Virus record (IMG/VR): IMGVR_UViG_3300044949_000822
Location: 1-35,752 of that record
From: a virus
Taxonomy: Duplodnaviria > Caudoviricetes
Length of the DNA: 35,752 nt
Direction: 5' to 3' (one strand)
The notes under the pieces are model-generated. The model saw only the letters and a program-made list of their open reading frames with translations, searched no databases and was not told where the DNA came from. Position numbers and translations under genes: made by a program. Shown here piece by piece: positions 25,971-33,178 of the stretch. How positions within the stretch are numbered: the stretch's first letter is position 1; the number at the start of each line of letters is the position of its first letter.

Positions 25971-26206
25971 TACGAAAAATGCCCAACGAAATGCCTTGGT
26001 ATGCGTGGTTTTCCCTTGCCGTGCTCATCCCGGCGTCGTTCTTTGGGTCGGCTTGGTTGATGCACTGGGCAACAGGAGCTGACCCGCTGGTTGAGGAGAT
26101 ATGGCGGCTGCGTGGGCAGAACTCGGTGCTGCGGGAGCGGCTTGAGCAACTGGAGGGCGAGCGGCGGCGCGATTCCGAGACGCTTCGCAAGGTGATCGGG
26201 AAGTGA
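25958..26206 (+). CDS. Membrane-anchored coiled-coil protein in cassette 1
   Basis: Transmembrane segment then heptad-rich tail; stop lies in the core box of attC2. Confidence 0.65.
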   Translation: MSYVIRKMPNEMPWYAWFSLAVLIPASFFGSAWLMHWATGADPLVEEIWRLRGQNSVLRERLEQLEGERRRDSETLRKVIGK

Positions 26207-26292
26207 GAACGCTAAGGATCAGCGGCAGCGATGAAAGGACTCACCATGCGTAAGGACGATGCAACGCTGTCCGCTGCATCCGTTGGTTAGGC
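26204..26292 (-). repeat. attC-like site 2 (89 bp)
   Basis: Minus strand: GCCTAAC-CAACG-GATGCAGC...GCTGATC-CTTAGC-GTTCTCA. Confidence 0.85.
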
Positions 26293-26747
26293 ATCTCATG
26301 GCTGACTTTGACAACAACCGATTCCAAAGCAAAAGCGTTGAGTGGGCAACGCCGCAACAACTATTTGCCGTGCTAAATGACGAGTTTGGCTTTACGCTTG
26401 ACGTTGCCGCGAGCCGCGAAAATGCAAAATGCGGCCGATACTTCACGGCAGAGAATGATGCGCTGCGGCAGGATTGGGACGGAACGTGCTGGATGAATCC
26501 TCCATACGGAAGGGAGGTTCCGAGGTGGTTGGAGAAAGCCATCGCGGAATCAAAGCGTGGCGTCACGACTGTGTGCCTGATACCAGCGAGGACAAACACG
26601 GGTTGGTTTCACGAGTTGTGTTTTCGCCAGGGCGAAGTTCGTTTTGTGCGAGGTCGCCCAAAGTTTGGGGACGCCGACCACGGGCTGCCATTTCCGCTGG
26701 CGGTTGTGATCTATCGGCCGAGATACCAGACGGTTCAGATCGCCTAA
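26259..26747 (+). CDS. dam: Phage DNA N6-adenine methyltransferase, cassette 2 (start 26259 within attC2, or 26298)
   Basis: EWATP, FTLDVAA, DALRQDW, WMNPPY, LIPARTNT.WF, RGRPKFG. Confidence 0.9.
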   Translation: MQRCPLHPLVRHLMADFDNNRFQSKSVEWATPQQLFAVLNDEFGFTLDVAASRENAKCGRYFTAENDALRQDWDGTCWMNPPYGREVPRWLEKAIAESKRGVTTVCLIPARTNTGWFHELCFRQGEVRFVRGRPKFGDADHGLPFPLAVVIYRPRYQTVQIA

Positions 26748-26830
26748 CACGGAAGATCAACGGCGGCCGCCGCAGGACTCACCATGACACATGACGAAGC
26801 AGGGCCGTCCGTTGCATCGGCTGGTTATGC
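26742..26830 (-). repeat. attC-like site 3 (89 bp)
   Basis: Minus strand: GCATAAC-CAGCC-GATGCAAC...GTTGATC-TTCCGT-GTTAGGC, with a compensatory G-C to A-T change in the L arms. Confidence 0.87.
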
Positions 26831-27359
26831 CGCGTACCGCTGCATCTTGATTGACCCTCCGTGGCCACAAGGGATGACAGGAAGCCGGAAGCGAGCGAAA
26901 GGCGGATCGCCTCCCGAGTTGCCATATCCGACTATGACGCTAGAGCAGATGATTCGACTTCCGGTGAAAGCACTGGGGGCTGACGACTCCCACTTGTGGC
27001 TCTGGACAACGAACCAGTTTCTTGAGGATGGGTTTATCCTCATGCGGGCGTGGGGCTTCAAGTACCTTGCGGCCGTTCACGCGATCAAGCCAAGCGGAAT
27101 CGGAAACTACTTCATCAGCAGGACGCAAACGCTGCTGTTTGGCTACAAGCACAAGTGCCGGTTCCCGCTGGAGCGATACAAGCCAAACGTGATCGAAGTA
27201 CCAGACCCGCCTCGACACAGTGCGAAGTGGGACGAGACATACGACTACATCGAGGCGATCTCGCCTGGGCCAAGGCTGGAACTGTTTGCCCGGCGGAAGC
27301 GGCCGGGGTGGGACGTTTGGGGCAACGAGGTTTCTTCGGATATTGACCTAGTGGCATAA
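26784..27359 (+). CDS. MT-A70-family adenine methyltransferase, cassette 3
   Basis: ILIDPPW, YPTMT, HLWLWTTN, AWGFKY, HSAK, RLELFAR..RPGWDVWGNE. Confidence 0.92.
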   Translation: MTHDEAGPSVASAGYAAYRCILIDPPWPQGMTGSRKRAKGGSPPELPYPTMTLEQMIRLPVKALGADDSHLWLWTTNQFLEDGFILMRAWGFKYLAAVHAIKPSGIGNYFISRTQTLLFGYKHKCRFPLERYKPNVIEVPDPPRHSAKWDETYDYIEAISPGPRLELFARRKRPGWDVWGNEVSSDIDLVA

Positions 27360-27443
27360 CGCCAGAGATCAGCGGCCCGCGACCGCTGACGAAACTACAA
27401 CCAGACGGCGGCATCGCGGGCCCGCTGCATCGCGTGGTTAGCT
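27354..27443 (-). repeat. attC-like site 4 (90 bp)
   Basis: Minus strand: AGCTAAC-CACGC-GATGCAGC...GCTGATC-TCTGGC-GTTATGC. Confidence 0.87.
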
Positions 27444-27448
27444 GTCGC

Positions 27449-27853
27449 ATGAGAGACGAAGAAGAATCGAAGGAAAACTTTGCTGCAGAAGCCGAGTACG
27501 TAGCCGAACTGGAGAAACGAGCCAAAGAGGCAGTCCTCCAGGCGAAGGTGCTGATCGGCATGCGAGACGAGGCGTGCAAGAACATGGTGGAGCGGCGGAT
27601 TTACGACATCGCAGGAGACTTCCCGTCTCGCTCAAAACCGGTTGAGTGCGTGTTTCATTTTGCGGAGGGCGACGAAGAAGTTCGGATTGAAGATGTTCGG
27701 CTTCCGTGGCGGTACGGCGGTGGAGAGGCGTTGCACTTTAGGTCGCCAGTGGTGGTTTATCGCTCTAAGCTAAAGAGCGGGAAGTGGTCAAAGACGGTGG
27801 CCGAAGTGGACGCGATGTGGGCAATCACGCAGATTGAAAAGTACACCAGCTAA
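27449..27853 (+). CDS. Hypothetical protein, cassette 4 (start 27434 or 27449)
   Basis: Fills the cassette; TAA stop is part of the CAGCTAAC core. Confidence 0.7.
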   Translation: MRDEEESKENFAAEAEYVAELEKRAKEAVLQAKVLIGMRDEACKNMVERRIYDIAGDFPSRSKPVECVFHFAEGDEEVRIEDVRLPWRYGGGEALHFRSPVVVYRSKLKSGKWSKTVAEVDAMWAITQIEKYTS

Positions 27854-27984
27854 CCAGTAAGTATGCGGACCCGTATATCCGCCACCGCTGGCCATATATC
27901 TCCAAGCCGTCAGCGCCGTGCAGCCGCTAGCCGCAAGCTTGTCGCGCTAACGCGGATTATCTGCCGCATATCTCGCAGTCGTGT
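27848..27984 (-). repeat. Degenerate attC or attI-like primary site at the head of the array
   Basis: Minus strand: ACACGAC-TGCGA-GATATGCG...CGCATAC-TTACTG-GTTAGCT; spacing kept but AAC is replaced by GAC. Confidence 0.5.
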
Positions 27985-28070
27985 CACGCCCCGCGACACG
28001 ATGGCTGAACGTATGTCAAAAGCGACGAAAAGCGACCGCTTTTGCATACAAGTGGGGCGGCCCTGATTCC

Positions 28071-28089
28071 TTGACACGTTTGCAATCCT
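28071..28089 (+). promoter_or_regulatory. Recurrent motif TTGAC-N6-GC-AATCCT
   Basis: Close match to the copy at 5520; upstream of 28129. Confidence 0.4.
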
Positions 28090-28128
28090 GCTGGCTGTGG
28101 ATTTGTTCCCAGTCACAGGAGGACTGCT

Positions 28129-28425
28129 ATGCGTTTCGTTTTGCTTCTCGCCGCCCTGGCGTTCGCTTCCGTTGCCAGCGCCGATACCACCGTGGTGGCT
28201 CGTCGTGGCTCTGTCATCAGTGCCCAGGATCACGCCGTCGTGATCGCTCGCCGTGGCTCGCTTGTGCATTCCAGCTGCGGCCAGTACGAGGGCATTGGCA
28301 CCGGCTCAACGCCTGAGCAGGCCCGGCGCAACTGCTGCTTCTTCGGGAAGCGCGTCATCGTTGAGGAAGGCGTGGCCTACTCGCCCGTGGCTCGTCGCTG
28401 GTTCGCGGTCATCCGCTATCGGTGA
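28129..28425 (+). CDS. Small secreted Cys-containing protein
   Basis: AGGAGG RBS; signal peptide MRFVLLLAALAFASVASA; repeated V(V/I)ARRGS; NCCF motif. Confidence 0.75.
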   Translation: MRFVLLLAALAFASVASADTTVVARRGSVISAQDHAVVIARRGSLVHSSCGQYEGIGTGSTPEQARRNCCFFGKRVIVEEGVAYSPVARRWFAVIRYR

Positions 28426-28428
28426 GCC

Positions 28429-28827
28429 TTGGCCGTCACGTTCTCAGTCGCAGGGCAGCCCGTCCCACAGCCGAGGCCGAGAGTCTCGACTGCGGGCGGG
28501 TTTGCTCGTGCGTACGTGCCAGGAAAGCACCCAGTGCATGCGTACCGCGAGGCTATCGCAGCAGCTGCTCGAGGTGCTGGGCTCACGACAACAGGCGACG
28601 TGCTGAACGTGGTGATAGATGCGGTGTTTGAGCGGCCTAAGTCGCATATACGAAAGGCCGGCGTGAAACCCGACGCACCGAAGTTGCCCAGGCCCGACGT
28701 GGACAACATCGCCAAGGCGGTGCTCGACGCACTGCAGGACGTGATGGGCGATGACTCTCTGGTTGGCCGATTGGTGGTGGAAAAGTCATACGGCCAGGAG
28801 GCACGGACTACCGTGCGAGTGTCGTGA
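28429..28827 (+). CDS. rusA: RusA-family Holliday junction resolvase
   Basis: PVPQPRPR, RPDVDNIAKAVLDAL...DDSLV...K.YG. Confidence 0.9.
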   Translation: MAVTFSVAGQPVPQPRPRVSTAGGFARAYVPGKHPVHAYREAIAAAARGAGLTTTGDVLNVVIDAVFERPKSHIRKAGVKPDAPKLPRPDVDNIAKAVLDALQDVMGDDSLVGRLVVEKSYGQEARTTVRVS

Positions 28828-29594
28828 GCACTGTGGCCGTAGTCATCCCTACGTGGAACATGGCCAACACACTTGGTCGGGCTCTTGGCTCGGCGTGCGT
28901 TGGCGGTGCCGATGAGATTGTCGTGGTGGACGATGCCAGCACTGACGCCACTTACAGCGTCGTGCAGCAATGGCAGAAGAGCCATCCGCATGTGCAGTAC
29001 GTGCGGCATCCTGAGAAATCGAAGGATCACAACGCAGCCCAGCGTGATGTGTGGCTATCGCTAAAAAGCAATCACGTCATCGGCCTGGCTGCCGATGACT
29101 GGCTTTACCCGTCTGCCGTTGAAGCCGTACGCCGCAATGCTCATTCGCCTGTGGTGTTCACGGACGCAGACGCCTTTGACGAGCAAGGCCGATTCATTCA
29201 CTGGCACATGAGCGAGTTCTACGGCTACAAATCCGCCAGTGAAGTGAGGCAACGAGTTTGTGGGCCGTCTAATCTGATTGAGAGCGGCATAGGCTCGTCA
29301 CTACGCCGAGATATGGTGCAGTGGCTGTGGATGATGGGATGGGATTCGCTTGGACCGCTCATGGATAGCGTCGGTTATGGCACCGTCGCGTGCTTGTTCG
29401 GTGCCACCTACGTGCAATGCAAGGGCGCTGGGCTCACTGTGCGCGAACGAAGCTACGGGCGAAACCCCGATTGGACTGAGAACGACTACCGCAAGATGGG
29501 AATGCACGCTGTGGCGTGGATGGATTACGCGGGGCTAGACCGCGAGACGATTAGGGTCATGGCCCGCAAGCGTTGCTGCTTGGAGGTGGCATGA
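28824..29594 (+). CDS. Glycosyltransferase family 2
   Basis: VAVVIPTWN, EIVVVDDASTD, LAADD. Confidence 0.85.
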   Translation: MSTVAVVIPTWNMANTLGRALGSACVGGADEIVVVDDASTDATYSVVQQWQKSHPHVQYVRHPEKSKDHNAAQRDVWLSLKSNHVIGLAADDWLYPSAVEAVRRNAHSPVVFTDADAFDEQGRFIHWHMSEFYGYKSASEVRQRVCGPSNLIESGIGSSLRRDMVQWLWMMGWDSLGPLMDSVGYGTVACLFGATYVQCKGAGLTVRERSYGRNPDWTENDYRKMGMHAVAWMDYAGLDRETIRVMARKRCCLEVA

Positions 29595-30472
29595 TTATCC
29601 CCGCACGATTTTGGCAGCCTGACGAGCCGTTTACTGATAACTACCTTCAGCGTGCAGAAGAAGGCCTGGCCCGGTTGCGAAACTCAAAGGTTGCTTTCGT
29701 TGGGCTGGCCCGAAACTGTGCCGTGCGACTCGCCCAGAACCTTGGCCTGCTCGAGCAGCTGCAGGATTTGTGCGGCTCGTGGTCGCTGCACATTGAGAGC
29801 AACGACTGCACTGACGCCACGCTGGACGTGCTGCACGACTACTGCCGCGAGAAGCCGCAGGCCACGTTTCACTATCAGATTCTGGGCCGCGAGCAGCACG
29901 GCGCAGAGTTCGCCGGCCGTCGCACGATCGCCCTGGCCGAGTACCGCGACTCTTGCCAGCGGTGGGTGCGTGCGTGCTCGCCTGACGCCGACTACGTGTG
30001 CGTCATCGACTGGGATGCGTGGGGAGGCTGGAACACCAACGGCTTGCTGAACGGGCTCGGCTGGCTCGTGGAGTTGCCGGGTGCGTACGGCATGGCCAGC
30101 ACGTCGCTCTTTCAGTACGACTTCGGACATGGGCCGTCGTGGCACCACTATGACTTGTGGGCCCTGCGTGGCGTTGGGCAGGCCGATTGCTACTTCGACA
30201 CGTACCAGAGCGGCTACGGGGGCTTCGGCTACACATGGCTGCCGCCGGTTGGCTCGCCGCCTGTGCTCGTCTCGTCTGCGTTTGGGGGCATGTGCATCTA
30301 CCGCACCGACGCATATCTGAAGGGAACGTATGACGGCGTGAGAGACTGCGAGCACGTTCCGTTCCATCAGAGCATTGCGCGAGCGACGGGCCAGCACCTG
30401 TATTTAAACCCGTCGCAGCGGACGCTGATGAGTTGGATGCCTGAGCCATGCGCGGAATCACCTCAACCATAA
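29591..30472 (+). CDS. GT-A glycosyltransferase-like protein (CAP59-like pattern)
   Basis: GLARN, ESNDCTDAT, LAEYR, VIDWD, VSSAFGGMCIY, DCEHVPFH. Confidence 0.72.
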   Translation: MIIPARFWQPDEPFTDNYLQRAEEGLARLRNSKVAFVGLARNCAVRLAQNLGLLEQLQDLCGSWSLHIESNDCTDATLDVLHDYCREKPQATFHYQILGREQHGAEFAGRRTIALAEYRDSCQRWVRACSPDADYVCVIDWDAWGGWNTNGLLNGLGWLVELPGAYGMASTSLFQYDFGHGPSWHHYDLWALRGVGQADCYFDTYQSGYGGFGYTWLPPVGSPPVLVSSAFGGMCIYRTDAYLKGTYDGVRDCEHVPFHQSIARATGQHLYLNPSQRTLMSWMPEPCAESPQP

Positions 30473-30822
30473 GCCTGACGGCGTTCCGTGCCGATTGGAT
30501 GACGCACATGCCAATGAGGGCCTTGTGCGAGCGGTGGACTATTTCACGGGATCAAGTCATCCGCCTGGCCGTCGTGTGGGAGTTGCCACGCCGGCACGAC
30601 CGCAAACTGCGAGCCAAGCCTGTTCGGCAGCGAGATCCAACCACCACCGAGATTCAACAGGCCTGCATTCAGATCCAAGCGACGTGGAGTGATGACGTGC
30701 GAGAGGACCGGCGAGTAACCAAGACTCAGCTAGTGTCGCTCAAGCGTATTCCGCTCGACAGCGAGACGAGAGAACACACGGCTTACGACGGCGACGCTGA
30801 CTTGTGGGAGGCCAACCGATGA
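30448..30822 (+). CDS. Hypothetical, possibly HTH protein
   Basis: PMRALCERWTISRDQVIRLA; C-terminal DPTTTEI resembles DPTPDEI of 25342-25743. Confidence 0.6.
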   Translation: MRGITSTISLTAFRADWMTHMPMRALCERWTISRDQVIRLAVVWELPRRHDRKLRAKPVRQRDPTTTEIQQACIQIQATWSDDVREDRRVTKTQLVSLKRIPLDSETREHTAYDGDADLWEANR

Positions 30823-31091
30823 CGCTGTCACCACGGGGCAAGGAAGACGTGCTGCGGCGGATCGTCATCGAATACGGGCAGCTGTATGCCTACATCTACC
30901 TCACCGATGGCCACGGGAAGCTGCTCGACGAAGAGGTTTTCAAGCAGCCGTTTCGGCTGGATCGGAAAGACGCATTCGAGGAGGCCAAAGACGCCTATGA
31001 CGCCGCCTACGATTGGATCAACGAAATCGTCAATGTGACGCCACTGCAAGAGGACGACGACGATGAGGCAGACTCCGAAGAGGAGGACTAG
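30819..31091 (+). CDS. Acidic hypothetical protein
   Basis: GGGAGG RBS; ATGA overlap. Confidence 0.65.
   Translation: MTLSPRGKEDVLRRIVIEYGQLYAYIYLTDGHGKLLDEEVFKQPFRLDRKDAFEEAKDAYDAAYDWINEIVNVTPLQEDDDDEADSEEED
31043..31074 (+). promoter_or_regulatory. Candidate late promoter, ACTGCAAG-N18-CAGACT
   Basis: Second copy of the motif; upstream of the 31094-34985 block. Confidence 0.5.
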
Positions 31092-31093
31092 CC

Positions 31094-31396
31094 TTGCCAA
31101 ACTACGAAGCCACGCCGGCCGAGCTTGAGAAGTACGGCGGCAACCTGTCGATCTGGGACCAAATCCGCCTCCTGCAAGCGTGGGCACCGCTCGTCGGCTA
31201 CGCCCAACGGTTCGTGCAGACGGCCGACCCGTACGCCAAGGCCGTGGTGGTGAGCGATGCCGCCGAGTGGGTGGCCAGCAAGACTGACGCCCAAGTAGAT
31301 GACCAGTTGGTGCGGATGCTTGGCGACTTGCTTAAGACCAAGGAAGGTGAAGCCCTGGTTCGGTGGTGCCTGCTGCAGGTGGAGGCCGCCCGTTGA
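31094..31396 (+). CDS. Hypothetical protein
   Basis: AGGAGG RBS before a TTG start. Confidence 0.7.
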   Translation: MPNYEATPAELEKYGGNLSIWDQIRLLQAWAPLVGYAQRFVQTADPYAKAVVVSDAAEWVASKTDAQVDDQLVRMLGDLLKTKEGEALVRWCLLQVEAAR

Positions 31397-32001
31397 GCGA
31401 TGAAAGCGTCATACGCCTCGCAGCCGTGGTGGCGGCGGTTGCTCTGCTGGCCGCCCCGTACCGGGACAGGATCGCTGTCTGGCTCTCTACGGCCGCCCAA
31501 GCCTGCTACGCCGAGCGTGCCACCCTCGGCCGAATCGCCGCCGCACTCCTCCTGATCGCTGCGGCCTGGGGCAAGGTGCCGCTGCCAAGGCTTCCGGCGG
31601 CTCCTGCCGTCAGCGTGAACGTGGAGACTCCGAGCGTGGAGATGCAGCAGCTTGTGAAGCCGGTGGCCGAGGCTCTGAAGTCGCTCCCAATGGGCGACCG
31701 GATGCTATGGGCTCAGGTGTGGAGCAAGGCAGCCGTGGTTGTGGCCGGCGACGCGGTGACTACGGAAGTGGCGTTCACTGATGCTCGCTCGCTGCGAATG
31801 TTCACCACGCTGGCACTCGACATCGCTTGGCGTCGGATTGGCCAGCATCAGCCAGGCGAGATTCCTGGCCTGCGTGACGCTGTTGAGGAGGCATACAACA
31901 CCGCCACAGGGCGTGACGTTGTTCCGGTCGATGCGGCAGTTCGGCAGCGGTATTGCGACTTTGCCAAGGCAATCGCCTGGGCTGGCATGAACGGAGGCTA
32001 G
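31393..32001 (+). CDS. Membrane protein with two N-terminal hydrophobic helices
   Basis: GGAGG RBS; TTGA overlap. Confidence 0.65.
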   Translation: MSDESVIRLAAVVAAVALLAAPYRDRIAVWLSTAAQACYAERATLGRIAAALLLIAAAWGKVPLPRLPAAPAVSVNVETPSVEMQQLVKPVAEALKSLPMGDRMLWAQVWSKAAVVVAGDAVTTEVAFTDARSLRMFTTLALDIAWRRIGQHQPGEIPGLRDAVEEAYNTATGRDVVPVDAAVRQRYCDFAKAIAWAGMNGG

Positions 32002-32003
32002 TC

Positions 32004-32933
32004 ATGGCCTTCGTGCCGCTCTTTGGCTATACGCCAGACCCCGCAGGCTCAGAGGCGTTCGTGGCGTCACTGCCACGCCCTACGATGGCCGAGGCTGGCC
32101 GTGAGCTTCAGACGGCGAAGCACGACGTGAGCCTGTCGCAGCTGCTAATCAAGAGCACGCCAAAGTGGAAGCGTGGATCTCAGCCCATCGGCTCCTGCGT
32201 TGGCTGGGGCACAGCGATGACCGTGGACGTTCTGGCGTCCTGCGATATCTGGCTTCGTAAGGAGGCCGAGGTTTGGGGCGGCCGGTGCATCGAAGGCGTC
32301 GTGTACGGACTGTCTCGAGTTGAGGCGCGAGGCCAGACACGCAACGGCGGCGGCGACGGCAGCACGGGATTCCATGCCGCCAAGGCCATTCGAGACTTTG
32401 GCACCCTGCACTACGGCCAGGACTACGGCGGCAAGCGATGGGACAAGCAGCTGAGCGGCACCGAAGAGCGGACGCTAGGCCGTGACGGGTTGCCCAACAA
32501 CCTTGAGCCGTATGCCGCACAGCACAAGGTGGCCGAAGTCACGCTCGTGCGGAACTTCGACGACTGTGCCAAGGCCATATCGAATGGCTACCCGGTTTAC
32601 CTGTGCTCAATGCGTGGGTTTTCCATGACGTTTAAGAAGGACGCCAAGCACGGCGGTGGCTGGCTGACGCCGATGGGCCAATGGGCCCACTGCATGATGG
32701 CCTGCGATTTGAGGTGGGATCGTCCCGCCCTGCTGGTGCCGAATAGCTGGGGCGACTGCTACAGCGGCGAGGTAGACCAGCGGCTGCACCCGTCATTTCA
32801 ACGCACAAGCGGCTGGGTGGACGCATCCGTAATCGACTCCATGTGTGCTGGCGGCGACTCATACGCCGTCGCTGGATTCAACGGGTTTCGCCCGTCTCTG
32901 ATGCCCGAGAACTGGCTAGACGGGGTGCTGTAA
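32004..32933 (+). CDS. Papain-like (C1 family) cysteine peptidase
   Basis: Q..GSCVGWG (catalytic Cys), AHCM (His), NSWG (Asn). Confidence 0.85.
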   Translation: MAFVPLFGYTPDPAGSEAFVASLPRPTMAEAGRELQTAKHDVSLSQLLIKSTPKWKRGSQPIGSCVGWGTAMTVDVLASCDIWLRKEAEVWGGRCIEGVVYGLSRVEARGQTRNGGGDGSTGFHAAKAIRDFGTLHYGQDYGGKRWDKQLSGTEERTLGRDGLPNNLEPYAAQHKVAEVTLVRNFDDCAKAISNGYPVYLCSMRGFSMTFKKDAKHGGGWLTPMGQWAHCMMACDLRWDRPALLVPNSWGDCYSGEVDQRLHPSFQRTSGWVDASVIDSMCAGGDSYAVAGFNGFRPSLMPENWLDGVL

Positions 32934-33178
32934 TGCGTTGGGTCGTGCCATTTGTTGTCGTGCTGATTGGGTGCGTGGCCACGCTACCCGATGACCAGGG
33001 CGTATCCGCCGACATGGCATGCGAGACAGCCCGTGCCGTTGTGCAGATGCGGCAACAGATTCACCCGACGCCGACGCCGAGCAGCGAGGAATGCGACAAC
33101 TGCAATGGCACCGGCAAGATCGGAGACGGCCGCATTGTGATTGAGTGCCCAGCGTGCAAAGGAACCGGCAAGCGATGA
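32933..33178 (+). CDS. Predicted lipoprotein with DnaJ-type CxxCxGxG repeats
   Basis: Lipobox-like VVLIGC; CDNCNGTG and CPACKGTG. Confidence 0.7.
   Translation: MRWVVPFVVVLIGCVATLPDDQGVSADMACETARAVVQMRQQIHPTPTPSSEECDNCNGTGKIGDGRIVIECPACKGTGKR

Larger units (their letters stand above)
25747..27984 (-). mobile_element. Integron-like gene cassette array (CALIN-like): four cassettes, four attC sites and one degenerate/attI-like site
   Basis: Regularly spaced 89-90 bp AAC...GTT imperfect palindromes; each cassette's two core ends are mutually complementary. Confidence 0.85.

Noticed and set aside
25747-27984. CRISPR array or simple REP/terminator repeats as the explanation for the recurring palindromes
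   Set aside because: The units are about 90 bp, divergent, separated by whole genes, lack U-tracts, and show cassette-specific complementary core ends, which fits attC sites
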